Shown piece by piece: positions 7,536-15,369 of a stretch of DNA of 24,000 nt. The position numbers were made by a program, and so were the translations under genes. A model generated the notes under the pieces. That model did no database searches. It saw only the letters and a program-made list of their open reading frames with translations, and had not been told where the DNA came from. Source of the DNA: Bryobacteraceae bacterium (GTDB lineage: Bacteria; Acidobacteriota; Terriglobia; Bryobacterales; Bryobacteraceae); assembly GCA_049510555.1 (NCBI GenBank), contig JBEKYW010000009.1:42651-66650 (forward strand). Reading direction: 5' to 3'. The first letter of the stretch is position 1. Each line of letters opens with the position of its first letter.

Positions 7536-9095
7536 GTGACGCAGAACTTCATGCCTCACCTCTGGATGTTTCTGCTGCAGGCTCTTACGCCGCGCGGCCA
7601 CGAGGTGGTTCTGATCGACGGCAACTCGCGACCGATGAGCGACGCCGAGCTGGTTCAGTTCGTACTCGACCGGCAGATCGGGCTGGTCGGAATCGGCGCT
7701 ATGACCCGTATGATCGCCAAAGCGTACCGGGTGGCGGATGCAATCCGCGCGGCCGGCATTCCGGTGGTCATGGGCGGACCGCATGTCACGGAAGTTCCAG
7801 AAGAGGCTCTCGGGCGGAGCGGCGGACCGCGTCACGCAGATGCGCTGGCTCTGGGTGAAGCGGATCAGACCTGGCCGCGCATCGTGGAGGATGCGGCGCG
7901 GGGCGAACTCAAGGAGGTTTACGCTGCGGTGGACGCGTTCGGGCAGGAGTGCAAGCCGAGCTTGCAGGATTACCCGATCATTCCCTGGGACTCGATCGAC
8001 TTGCGGCAGTTCAACCGGATTCCGGGCTTTTTTCGTCCTGTGATGCGACGCTTCGGGATCGAGTGGGAGACATTTCATATCATTCCCATTGAATCCGGAC
8101 GCGGCTGTCCTTATGGATGCGAATTCTGTACGGTCACGGGTTTCTTTGGCGACTCGATTCGGTTCCGGTCCAACCGGAGCATCGTCGAGGAGATGCTCAA
8201 GATCAAAGAGCGCGCCCGCACCACTCGCGGCCAGGCCGCCGTATTCTTTGTCGATGATAATTTCGCGATCAACGTCAAGCGGACCAAGGCGCTTTTGCGC
8301 GATGTCATTGCGGCCGGAGCCGAACTGTCGTGGGTGGGGCAAATCAGCGCCAACCTGTTGCGGGATGAAGAACTGCTCGATCTGATCGCCGCTTCGGGTG
8401 GGAGATGGCTCTTCATCGGGATGGAGTCTCTCGATCCCGCCAATCTGGCCAGCCTCAGCAAGAGCTTCAACAAGCCGGCGGATTACGCCCGCGTGCTCGA
8501 GGCTCTGGCCCGGCGCCACGTCTATGCGATCACTTCGTTTATCTTTGGGCTGGATCACGATACTCCCGGAGTGGGCGAGCGCACCCTCGCGGAGATTCGC
8601 AAGTGGCCGCCGGGCCTGCCCGTGTTTGGACAGATCACTCCCTTTCCGGCTACTCCTTTGTATACCCGGCTGGAAAAGGAAGGACGGCTGATACGGCCGA
8701 AACACTGGCTCGAGTTCGCCCCGTTCCGGATGGCGCACACGCCTTTGAAGATCACGATTCCGGAGGTGCAGGATGAGGTTCGGTACGCCTGGACGAACTC
8801 TTATAGCCCTGCTGCGATCGAGAGAGCCCTGGAGTCGATCGCGGACGAGCCGGCTGCGTACAAGATCAGCCACCTGATATCCCGCCTGTTCTTCCGCGGA
8901 ATCTATTTCCCGCAAAAGGGGGCGTGGGAATGGCTAAAGCTGGCCGTCCGGAACCGGGGCGCGATCTATCGCGTGGTCAAGGACTCATTCACCAAGTGGC
9001 ACGGCGCCCAGGGGCCTGCGAGCGGTCGAGACTTCAACGGTTCGCGGGAGCCTTCTTTCATCGAGCCTGCGGAGTCAGATAGCGGGGCGGACTGA
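7536..9095 (+). CDS. B12-binding domain-containing radical SAM protein (class B, COG1032-like); substrate unknown
   Basis: The N-terminal Rossmann-like B12 domain reads GHEVVLIDG...LVGIGAMT...IPVVMGGPH. The radical SAM cluster motif is GRGCPYGCEFC (CxxxCxxC). The real start may lie upstream of the GTG at 7536 (see finding). The stop at 9093-9095 is secure. Confidence 0.88.
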   Translation: MTQNFMPHLWMFLLQALTPRGHEVVLIDGNSRPMSDAELVQFVLDRQIGLVGIGAMTRMIAKAYRVADAIRAAGIPVVMGGPHVTEVPEEALGRSGGPRHADALALGEADQTWPRIVEDAARGELKEVYAAVDAFGQECKPSLQDYPIIPWDSIDLRQFNRIPGFFRPVMRRFGIEWETFHIIPIESGRGCPYGCEFCTVTGFFGDSIRFRSNRSIVEEMLKIKERARTTRGQAAVFFVDDNFAINVKRTKALLRDVIAAGAELSWVGQISANLLRDEELLDLIAASGGRWLFIGMESLDPANLASLSKSFNKPADYARVLEALARRHVYAITSFIFGLDHDTPGVGERTLAEIRKWPPGLPVFGQITPFPATPLYTRLEKEGRLIRPKHWLEFAPFRMAHTPLKITIPEVQDEVRYAWTNSYSPAAIERALESIADEPAAYKISHLISRLFFRGIYFPQKGAWEWLKLAVRNRGAIYRVVKDSFTKWHGAQGPASGRDFNGSREPSFIEPAESDSGAD

Positions 9096-9108
9096 GAGGG
9101 ATCGCCCC

Positions 9109-10113
9109 TCACACCCCCCAGAGGTAGTCTTCACCCGCCGGCGCCAGTGTCTCGCCTTGCTCGCTTGGCTCCGTGGCGACGGACTCGTATACCGGCATCA
9201 GCCAATGGCGCCAGGCTTTCAGCCGGCCGCGCGCCGCCTGGGTGTAAAGATGGCGCAGCTCGGCGGTCACCGGCCCGATCTCTCCAGTGCCCACCGGGCG
9301 GTGATCCACGCGAACCACGGGACCCACTTCCACCATGGTCCCCGTGAAAAAGACCTCATCGCAGATGTAGAGCTCGCTGCGGTCTACGGGGCGCTCGATC
9401 ACCTCCAGGTGGAGTTCCTTCCGAGCCAGCTCCGTTACTGCGTCGCGGGTGATCCCTTCCAAAATGTTCTCGCTGGCCGGCGGCGTGATCAGCTTGCCGC
9501 GGCGCACCAGGAAGATGTTGCAACTGGCGCCCTCCGCCACGTGGCCGGACTCGGTCAGGAAAATCGCCTCGTCGAAACCGTTGCGCCGCGCCTCGTCGCT
9601 GGCCAGCGCGCTGTTCACGTACGATCCGCAGATCTTGCCGCGGCCGGGAATGGCGTTGTCCTCGATGCGCCGCCACGAGACAACGCCCGCATGCAGGCCC
9701 TTCGAGCTGTCCAGGTAGGCGCTGGCGGGCACCGCCACGATGGCGAAGGCGTTCTGGTCGTCCATGTGGATGCCGACGCGCTCCGCCGACTTGTAGGCCA
9801 GCGGCCTGACGTAAACGTCGCAGCGATACCGGTTGCGCCGCACCAGGTCGGCGGTGATCTCGCTGAGCTCGGCAGCGGAGGGCGGCACCTCGATCCGCAG
9901 GATGCCGCAGTTCTGTTTCCAGCGCTGATAATGCTCCCGCGGACGCACCAGGAACAGCTCATTGGCCTCATCGTTCCAATACCCGCGGATACCCTCGAAG
10001 ACGCCCGTCCCATAGTGCAGCGCGTGCGTCAGGATGCTCACCCGCGCCTCGCACAGCGCCGTCAGGCGGTTCCCGAAGAACACGATGGTCTCGGGGTTCA
10101 ACTCACCGGTCAT
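9109..10113 (-). CDS. ilvE: Branched-chain amino acid aminotransferase (PLP fold type IV)
   Basis: [17 protein letters not shown]...HALHYGTGVFEGIRGY...GKICGSYVNSALASDEARRNGFDEAIFL...EGASCNIFLV..GKLITPP...ILEGITR is the class IV BCAT pattern. The start ATG overlaps the upstream stop (ATGA at 10110-10113). The track ORF 9109..11070 is a spurious upstream extension. Confidence 0.92.
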   Translation of the reverse strand: MTGELNPETIVFFGNRLTALCEARVSILTHALHYGTGVFEGIRGYWNDEANELFLVRPREHYQRWKQNCGILRIEVPPSAAELSEITADLVRRNRYRCDVYVRPLAYKSAERVGIHMDDQNAFAIVAVPASAYLDSSKGLHAGVVSWRRIEDNAIPGRGKICGSYVNSALASDEARRNGFDEAIFLTESGHVAEGASCNIFLVRRGKLITPPASENILEGITRDAVTELARKELHLEVIERPVDRSELYICDEVFFTGTMVEVGPVVRVDHRPVGTGEIGPVTAELRHLYTQAARGRLKAWRHWLMPVYESVATEPSEQGETLAPAGEDYLWGV

Positions 10114-11558
10114 GGAGAGACTCCCTTCCGGACCTCTTCCCGGCCTTTCGCCAGCGCAGCCAGGTCCAGCTCGAACCATCGCTGGCTTTTCACTTTTCTC
10201 CGCAGCGCGCCGGTCACGCGCTCCTCGTCCAACAGGGCCGTGGTTTCCAGCAGCGCCCCCAGCATCACGATGTTGGCGACTTTGGAATCTCCAAGCTGGT
10301 CGGCCAGTTGCGTGAACGGCATCGCCACCATGCGAATGTCCGGCCGCGCGCAGTCCTCCGGCAGTTGGGCCGAGTTGTACAGGACCGTCCCGCCCGGTTC
10401 CATGGCGGGCAGAAACTTGCGCAGCGACGGCTCGTTCAGCGCCAGCAGCACGTTGGGCCGCGAAACCAGCGGCGAATCGATGGCCTCGCTCGACAGCCGC
10501 ACGTGGCAGTTGGAGGTGCCCGAGCGCATCTCCGGCCCGTAGGAAGGCAGCCACGAGACCTCGTAGCCGGCTTCCAGCCCGGCCTCCGCCAGCACCTCTC
10601 CCAGCATCAGGACGCCCTGGCCGCCGAAGCCCGCGACCTTGATCCGCAGATCGAGCGCCCGCGCGGGGCGGGCCGGCGCGTGCCCCGAGGGCGCCGCCGC
10701 GCCATCGCCATTCACCAGTCCCAGAATCCGCGGAATGTCTTCCAGGGCCGGCGGCGGCGCGGGCGCGGGCCGGGTGGGCGCCTCCTTGGTGCGGTCGCGG
10801 AAGTTGGCCACGCGGAACGTCTTGGCCATCTCCTGTTCCACGAAGCGCTGCGCCTCCACCGGCTGGAGCTTCCAGATAGTGGGGCAGGGAGAAAGCACTT
10901 CCACCAGCGAGAATCCCAGGCCCTTCACCTGGTTCTCGACCGCCCGGCGCAGCACGCGCGCCGCCTGCATGATCTGCTTGTTGTTGCCCAGCGCCACACG
11001 CTCGAGGAAGACCGGCGCCTCCAGCGACGCCAGCATTTCGCAAATGTGAATGGGGAAGCCTTCGGTCCATTGGTTGCGGCCGAACGGCGAGGTGGTGGTC
11101 TTCTTGCCGAGCGGCGTAGTGGGGGCCATCTGCCCGCCGGTCATGCCGTAGATGCCGTTGTTGACGAAGATCACGGTAATGGGTTCGCCGCGGTTGGCGG
11201 AGTGGACGATCTCGGCCGTCCCGATGGCCGCCAGGTCGCCATCTCCCTGGTAGGCGATGACAATGCTCTCCGGCCGGCTGCGCTTGACCGCCGTGGCCAC
11301 CGCCGGCGCGCGCCCGTGGGCCACCTGGATGTTGCCGGTGTCGAAATAGTAGTAGACAAACACGGAACAGCCCACCGGGCTGATCAGCACGGTGCGGTCC
11401 TGCACGCCCAGCTCGTCGATGGCCTGCGCCAGCAGCTTATGGATGATGCCATGCCCGCAACCGGGGCAATAGTGCGTCTGGTGCTGGAGGTCCCCCTTGC
11501 GCTCGTAGAGATCGTAGAAGCTCTTGGCCTTCTCGTGGATGGCGGTGTAGTTAGCCAT
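10110..11558 (-). CDS. 2-oxoacid:ferredoxin oxidoreductase, fused beta (TPP-binding) and gamma subunits
   Basis: The beta part contains HYCPGCGHG and the TPP motif GDGDLAAIG...[14 protein letters not shown] Pro/Ala-rich linker spans about aa 256-301. The gamma part reads [22 protein letters not shown]...[18 protein letters not shown]. It overlaps the alpha subunit gene by 8 nt. Confidence 0.9.
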   Translation of the reverse strand: MANYTAIHEKAKSFYDLYERKGDLQHQTHYCPGCGHGIIHKLLAQAIDELGVQDRTVLISPVGCSVFVYYYFDTGNIQVAHGRAPAVATAVKRSRPESIVIAYQGDGDLAAIGTAEIVHSANRGEPITVIFVNNGIYGMTGGQMAPTTPLGKKTTTSPFGRNQWTEGFPIHICEMLASLEAPVFLERVALGNNKQIMQAARVLRRAVENQVKGLGFSLVEVLSPCPTIWKLQPVEAQRFVEQEMAKTFRVANFRDRTKEAPTRPAPAPPPALEDIPRILGLVNGDGAAAPSGHAPARPARALDLRIKVAGFGGQGVLMLGEVLAEAGLEAGYEVSWLPSYGPEMRSGTSNCHVRLSSEAIDSPLVSRPNVLLALNEPSLRKFLPAMEPGGTVLYNSAQLPEDCARPDIRMVAMPFTQLADQLGDSKVANIVMLGALLETTALLDEERVTGALRRKVKSQRWFELDLAALAKGREEVRKGVSP

Positions 11559-12633
11559 GGATCAGCACCTCCTCCATGGGGGCGCAGGCCGCAAACTTGG
11601 CCTGAACAAACGCCAGCACTTCCTCGGCCGTGGGAACATTGCCGCCCACGCGGCTGTAGAATTCCACCGGCGAACGGCCCTCCAGCGCCAGGCGCACGTC
11701 GTCCACCAGTTTCCCGGTGCTGAGCTCCACCACCACGAACGCCTTGGCCCGGCGGCTCAGTTCCCGCACCTGGACCACGGGGAAAGGATACAAAGTGATG
11801 GGACGCAGCAGCCCCACGGCCATGCCGCGGGCGCGGGCCATTTCCACCACCGCCTTCAGAACCCGGCCCATGATGCCGTAGCCCACCAGGACGATCTCGG
11901 CGTCATCCGTGCGCCAGCATTCGACGCGCACCACCTCGCGCTCGGCGCGCTTGTACTTGGCCTCCAGCTTGCGGACGTGGCGTTCCATCAGATCCGGCTC
12001 CAGGTAAATGGAGCAGATCAGGTTGCGCCGCGTTTCCGCGGTGCCCAGCACGGCCCATTCCGGCGCCGGGCGCACGAAGGCGCGCGAGGCGAACTCCACC
12101 GGCTCCATCATCTGCCCGATGTATCCGTCCGCCAGCACCACCACCGGGTTCCGGTACTCGTCGGCGAGATCGAAGGCCAAGGTGGTCAGGTCGGCCATCT
12201 CCTGCGCGGAATCCGGCGCCAGCACCAGGGTGCGGTAGTTGCCGTGCCCGCCGCCCTTGACGACCTGGTTGTAGTCGCCCTGCTCGGGCGCGATGTTTCC
12301 CAGCCCCGGACCGGCGCGCATGATGTCCGCCACCACGCAGGGCAACTCCGATCCGGCGATGTAGCTGAGGCCCTCCTGCATCAGGCTGATGCCCGGCCCG
12401 CTGGACGCGGTCATGGACCGCACACCGGCCGATGCCGCGCCGTAGAGCATGTTGATGGCCGCCACTTCGCTCTCGGCCTGCACGAAAACTCCGCCGGCCT
12501 GTGGCAGATAGAGCGCCGCCGCCTCGGCAATTTCGCTCGCCGGCGTGATGGGATACCCGTAGTAGGCCCGGCAACCCGCCAGCACCGCGGCCTTCACAAT
12601 GGCCTCATTGCCCTTGGTCAGTTGTTTCCGCAT
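11551..12633 (-). CDS. 2-oxoacid:ferredoxin oxidoreductase alpha subunit
   Basis: [31 protein letters not shown]...[40 protein letters not shown] is the canonical OFOR alpha (KorA/VorB/PorA-type) N-terminal domain. Confidence 0.9.
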   Translation of the reverse strand: MRKQLTKGNEAIVKAAVLAGCRAYYGYPITPASEIAEAAALYLPQAGGVFVQAESEVAAINMLYGAASAGVRSMTASSGPGISLMQEGLSYIAGSELPCVVADIMRAGPGLGNIAPEQGDYNQVVKGGGHGNYRTLVLAPDSAQEMADLTTLAFDLADEYRNPVVVLADGYIGQMMEPVEFASRAFVRPAPEWAVLGTAETRRNLICSIYLEPDLMERHVRKLEAKYKRAEREVVRVECWRTDDAEIVLVGYGIMGRVLKAVVEMARARGMAVGLLRPITLYPFPVVQVRELSRRAKAFVVVELSTGKLVDDVRLALEGRSPVEFYSRVGGNVPTAEEVLAFVQAKFAACAPMEEVLIHG

Positions 12634-12652
12634 GGCTTCTCTCCTTGCGGCC

Positions 12653-12904
12653 TCAGGCAGCCGCCGGCTGGAGGGCCAGCCTCAGGACCATGATTCCGCC
12701 CGGCTCGGGGCAGACAAAGAAACAGATGCCGCAGCCCGTGCAGCCTGCCCCCAAGTATTCGGCCGGATGGTAACCGTAACGGTTCAGCCGGTCCGCCAGA
12801 AAAAGGACCTTCGGCGGGCAAGCCTCCACGCAAAGGCCGCACCCCTTGCACTCTTCCGAATTCATCTCGACCGTTCCCCGGTCGGGCTTTCCGTCGGTCG
12901 TCAT
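12653..12904 (-). CDS. 2-oxoacid:ferredoxin oxidoreductase delta subunit (2x[4Fe-4S] ferredoxin)
   Basis: Two CxxCxxCxxxCP motifs are present ([12 protein letters not shown] and [12 protein letters not shown]). The start is set at the ATG at 12904, which has AGGAGG about 9 nt upstream. The track ORF begins 11 codons earlier. Confidence 0.85.
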   Translation of the reverse strand: MTTDGKPDRGTVEMNSEECKGCGLCVEACPPKVLFLADRLNRYGYHPAEYLGAGCTGCGICFFVCPEPGGIMVLRLALQPAAA

Positions 12905-12955
12905 GTCCTCTGCCTCCTGCGCCGGGCGAGGGGGCACCCTTTGGGTCCCTCGCCC

Positions 12956-14296
12956 CTACGCCACCAGCGCGCTGCGCGCCTCCAGATAATGCGATCGCAC
13001 CGCGAACTCGTGGAGCTCGTCGCGAAACTTGGGGTCGGCGATGGCGATCAGCGCTTCCGCGCGCTGGCGCACCGTCTTGCCCCGCAAATACGCAACGCCG
13101 TGCTCGGTGGCCACGTAATGCACGTCGGAGCGGGTGGTCACCACGCCCGCCCCGGGATCGAGCACCGGCGCGATGCGGGAGACCGTGCCGCCCTTCGCCG
13201 TCGAGGGCAGGGCGATCACGGCTTTGCCCCCGCGCGAGCGCCCCGCGCCCCGCATGAAATCCAGTTGCCCGCCAAACCCGCTGTAAGGCTCGGTGCCGAT
13301 GGTGTCGGAGCAAACCTGTCCGGTGAGATCCACCTGAATCGCGGAATTGATGGCGATCATGTTGTCGTTCTGCGCAATCACGAAGGGATCGTTGGTGTAA
13401 GCGGTGGTGTGAAACTCGAACAGGGGATTCTCATGGATGAAGTTGCACAGCTTGCGGGACCCGAGCACGAAGCCCACTACAATCTTGCCCCGATGGATCG
13501 TCTTTTTCGCTCCCGTAAGCACGCCGGCCTCGATCAACGGTAGAATGCCATCGGAACACATTTCGCTGTGGATGCCAAGGTCGCGCCGATCACCCAGGCA
13601 GGCCAGGACCGCGTCGGGGATCCCCCCGATGCCCACTTGTAACGTCACGCCGTCCGGAATCAGCGTGGTCACGTTCCGCGCGATGCGCTGCTGTGTGGGA
13701 GTAAAAGGAGCCGGCTGGAGTTCCAGCAGGGGCCGGGAAGTGGGGACGATGGCGGAGACTTTGCTTACGTGGAGCAACGTGTCGCCCCGCGAGCGCGGCA
13801 TCTGGTCGTTCACCTCCGCGACGACGTATTTCGCGCAGGACGCTGCCGTCAGCGTGCATTCGATGGTGGTGCCCAGGCTCAGGAAGCCATCTGCATCCGG
13901 CGGCGAGGTCTGAATGAACGCCACATCCAGGGGCAGTTCCCCCGAGCAAAAGAGGTACTCGATGTCGCTCAGCGAGATAGGCGTGTAGTCGGCGCGTCCC
14001 GCGGCCACGGCTTCGCGCACGTTCTCCCCCAGGAATAGCCCGTTGTGCCGGAAATGACCGGCATACTCCGGCCGTGTGTACGCAGCGTCGCCCAGGGTCT
14101 TCATGTGGATAATTTCCACATTTCGGAGCATTGCAGAGCGCTTCAGCAACGCCTCGATCAGAGGCTCCGGGGTGCCGCACCCGGACTGGATCCAAACGCG
14201 GCCGCCCGACTGGACCCGCTCCACGGCGCGTTCCGCAGTGGCGACCTTTTGCTGGTACTCCGAAATCCGAGAGTAACTTAGGGACGGACCAGGCAT
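12956..14296 (-). CDS. Acetyl-CoA hydrolase/transferase family protein (4-hydroxybutyrate or short-chain acyl-CoA:acetate CoA-transferase-like)
   Basis: 446 aa. The N-terminus SGGRVWIQSGCGTPEPLIEAL and the C-terminal motif EPYSGFGGQLDFMRGA (GxGGQxDF) are typical of this CoA-transferase family. It is the first gene of the operon. Confidence 0.88.
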   Translation of the reverse strand: MPGPSLSYSRISEYQQKVATAERAVERVQSGGRVWIQSGCGTPEPLIEALLKRSAMLRNVEIIHMKTLGDAAYTRPEYAGHFRHNGLFLGENVREAVAAGRADYTPISLSDIEYLFCSGELPLDVAFIQTSPPDADGFLSLGTTIECTLTAASCAKYVVAEVNDQMPRSRGDTLLHVSKVSAIVPTSRPLLELQPAPFTPTQQRIARNVTTLIPDGVTLQVGIGGIPDAVLACLGDRRDLGIHSEMCSDGILPLIEAGVLTGAKKTIHRGKIVVGFVLGSRKLCNFIHENPLFEFHTTAYTNDPFVIAQNDNMIAINSAIQVDLTGQVCSDTIGTEPYSGFGGQLDFMRGAGRSRGGKAVIALPSTAKGGTVSRIAPVLDPGAGVVTTRSDVHYVATEHGVAYLRGKTVRQRAEALIAIADPKFRDELHEFAVRSHYLEARSALVA

Positions 14297-14407
14297 AGCC
14301 CCACCTCAAGATGGTGCTCTTTCCTCCCCTAGCTATTATAGATCCAGACCAGTGGCTCTTCAACGGTTTTTGTGAAAGTAATCGTCGACTTGGCCGAAAA
14401 GAAAAAT

Positions 14408-15253
14408 ATGAACTCAAGAAACGTATTGCAGATCATCACCGGTCTGTTTCTGGGGATGTCGTTGCTCCCCAGCGCACAAGCCATAACCGGCTGCGGCAAC
14501 AACTACTTGTCCGGCTCTTACGGGATGCAGTTTTCCGGAACCATCACACCGAGTCTGAGCGGTGGTGTGGGCGGCACCATGGCGCCCGTGGTCTCGCTGG
14601 GCAGTGTGGCGGCGGAGAACCCTGGGAGTGCACCGCCCGTCGCGGGCTTCGCCCGGTTCGTTCTGGACGGGGCTGGGAACCTGTTCGGGAACTCGGCCGC
14701 AACCCTGAACGGCACATGGGCCGAAGGTCCCATCACCGGCGTTTACACCGTCAACGGGGATTGCAGCACTTCGTTTACGCTTACCGATGCGGGCGGCGGG
14801 ATTCAGAACTTTAGCGGCGTGCTTGTGAACCAGGGCGACTCCGCGGTTCTGCTTCAGACCGACCCTGGCACGGGTATTTCGGCGACGTTGCGGAGATCCC
14901 GGAACTCGTGCCAGACCTCGGATCTCATCGGCAGCCTCGGCTTCCAAAGCGCGGGCACGCTGCTGGGAACGGCCCCCGCCGCGTACAGTTCAGTTGGTAT
15001 GTTCAATCTGGATGGGCAGGGGGACGTGACCGCCATCGAGACCCGATTCATCAATGGATCGGACGCGCAGGTAACATCCAGCGGGACCATCACGGTCAAC
15101 CTGGATTGCACTGTTACGATGATGCTTTCTCCACTCAGCGGGTCCGCCGATCAGGTGAATCTCCGCGGAGTGATTGTGAACAACGAACGGGAAATGCTCC
15201 TCGTCCGGACCGATGCGGGCACCGTTGTTTCAGCCAGCGCCATAGTTCAGTAG
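14408..15253 (+). CDS. Secreted protein of unknown family, built from an internal tandem duplication
   Basis: Signal peptide MNSRNVLQIITGLFLGMSLLPSAQA|ITG. The two halves align clearly (see finding). The track ORF starts at a GTG at 14372, but the ATG at 14408 gives a canonical signal peptide. Confidence 0.75.
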   Translation: MNSRNVLQIITGLFLGMSLLPSAQAITGCGNNYLSGSYGMQFSGTITPSLSGGVGGTMAPVVSLGSVAAENPGSAPPVAGFARFVLDGAGNLFGNSAATLNGTWAEGPITGVYTVNGDCSTSFTLTDAGGGIQNFSGVLVNQGDSAVLLQTDPGTGISATLRRSRNSCQTSDLIGSLGFQSAGTLLGTAPAAYSSVGMFNLDGQGDVTAIETRFINGSDAQVTSSGTITVNLDCTVTMMLSPLSGSADQVNLRGVIVNNEREMLLVRTDAGTVVSASAIVQ

Positions 15254-15275
15254 TCCGGAACTGGCACGCCTCCTC

Positions 15276-15303
15276 GAGCGGGCACGGACCGTCGTGCCCG
15301 CTC
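15276..15303 (+). terminator. Intrinsic terminator-like hairpin between convergent genes
   Basis: GAGCGGGCAC-GGACCGUC-GUGCCCGCUC forms a perfect 10-bp GC-rich stem with an 8-nt loop. It starts 23 nt after the TAG of the secreted-protein gene and is followed by AGUCUUGU. It could also stop the convergent fucosidase transcript. Confidence 0.6.
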
Positions 15304-15369
15304 AGTCTTGTACCTGGCCCCCGCATTTCTCACACCGCAGTCCCCAGGTTTTCGCGACCCGCTGACTCT

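Noticed and set aside
7515-8915. 466-aa minus-strand ORF opposite the radical SAM gene
   Set aside because: The + strand frame carries the CxxxCxxC cluster motif and the B12-domain motifs. The antisense product is an Arg/Pro-rich shadow ORF with no motifs.
9096-9110. Short hairpin GAGGG-ATCGC-CCCTC between the convergent radical SAM and ilvE stop codons, considered as a bidirectional terminator
   Set aside because: The stem is only 5 bp, there is no U-tract on either strand, and it overlaps the ilvE stop codon. It is too weak to call.
9109-11070. 653-aa ORF suggesting a giant fusion upstream of ilvE
   Set aside because: Only the last 334 aa look like an aminotransferase. The upstream 319 codons are out-of-frame read-through across the OFOR beta-gamma gene (Gly/Ala/Arg-rich). 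The ATGA junction at 10110-10113 gives a clean start.
14871-14887. Sigma-54-like TGGCAC-N5-TTTCG
   Set aside because: It lies inside the secreted-protein CDS, the -12 element does not match TTGC, and no downstream gene would use it. Other TGGCAC occurrences (about 3524 and 15262) also lack a -12 element.
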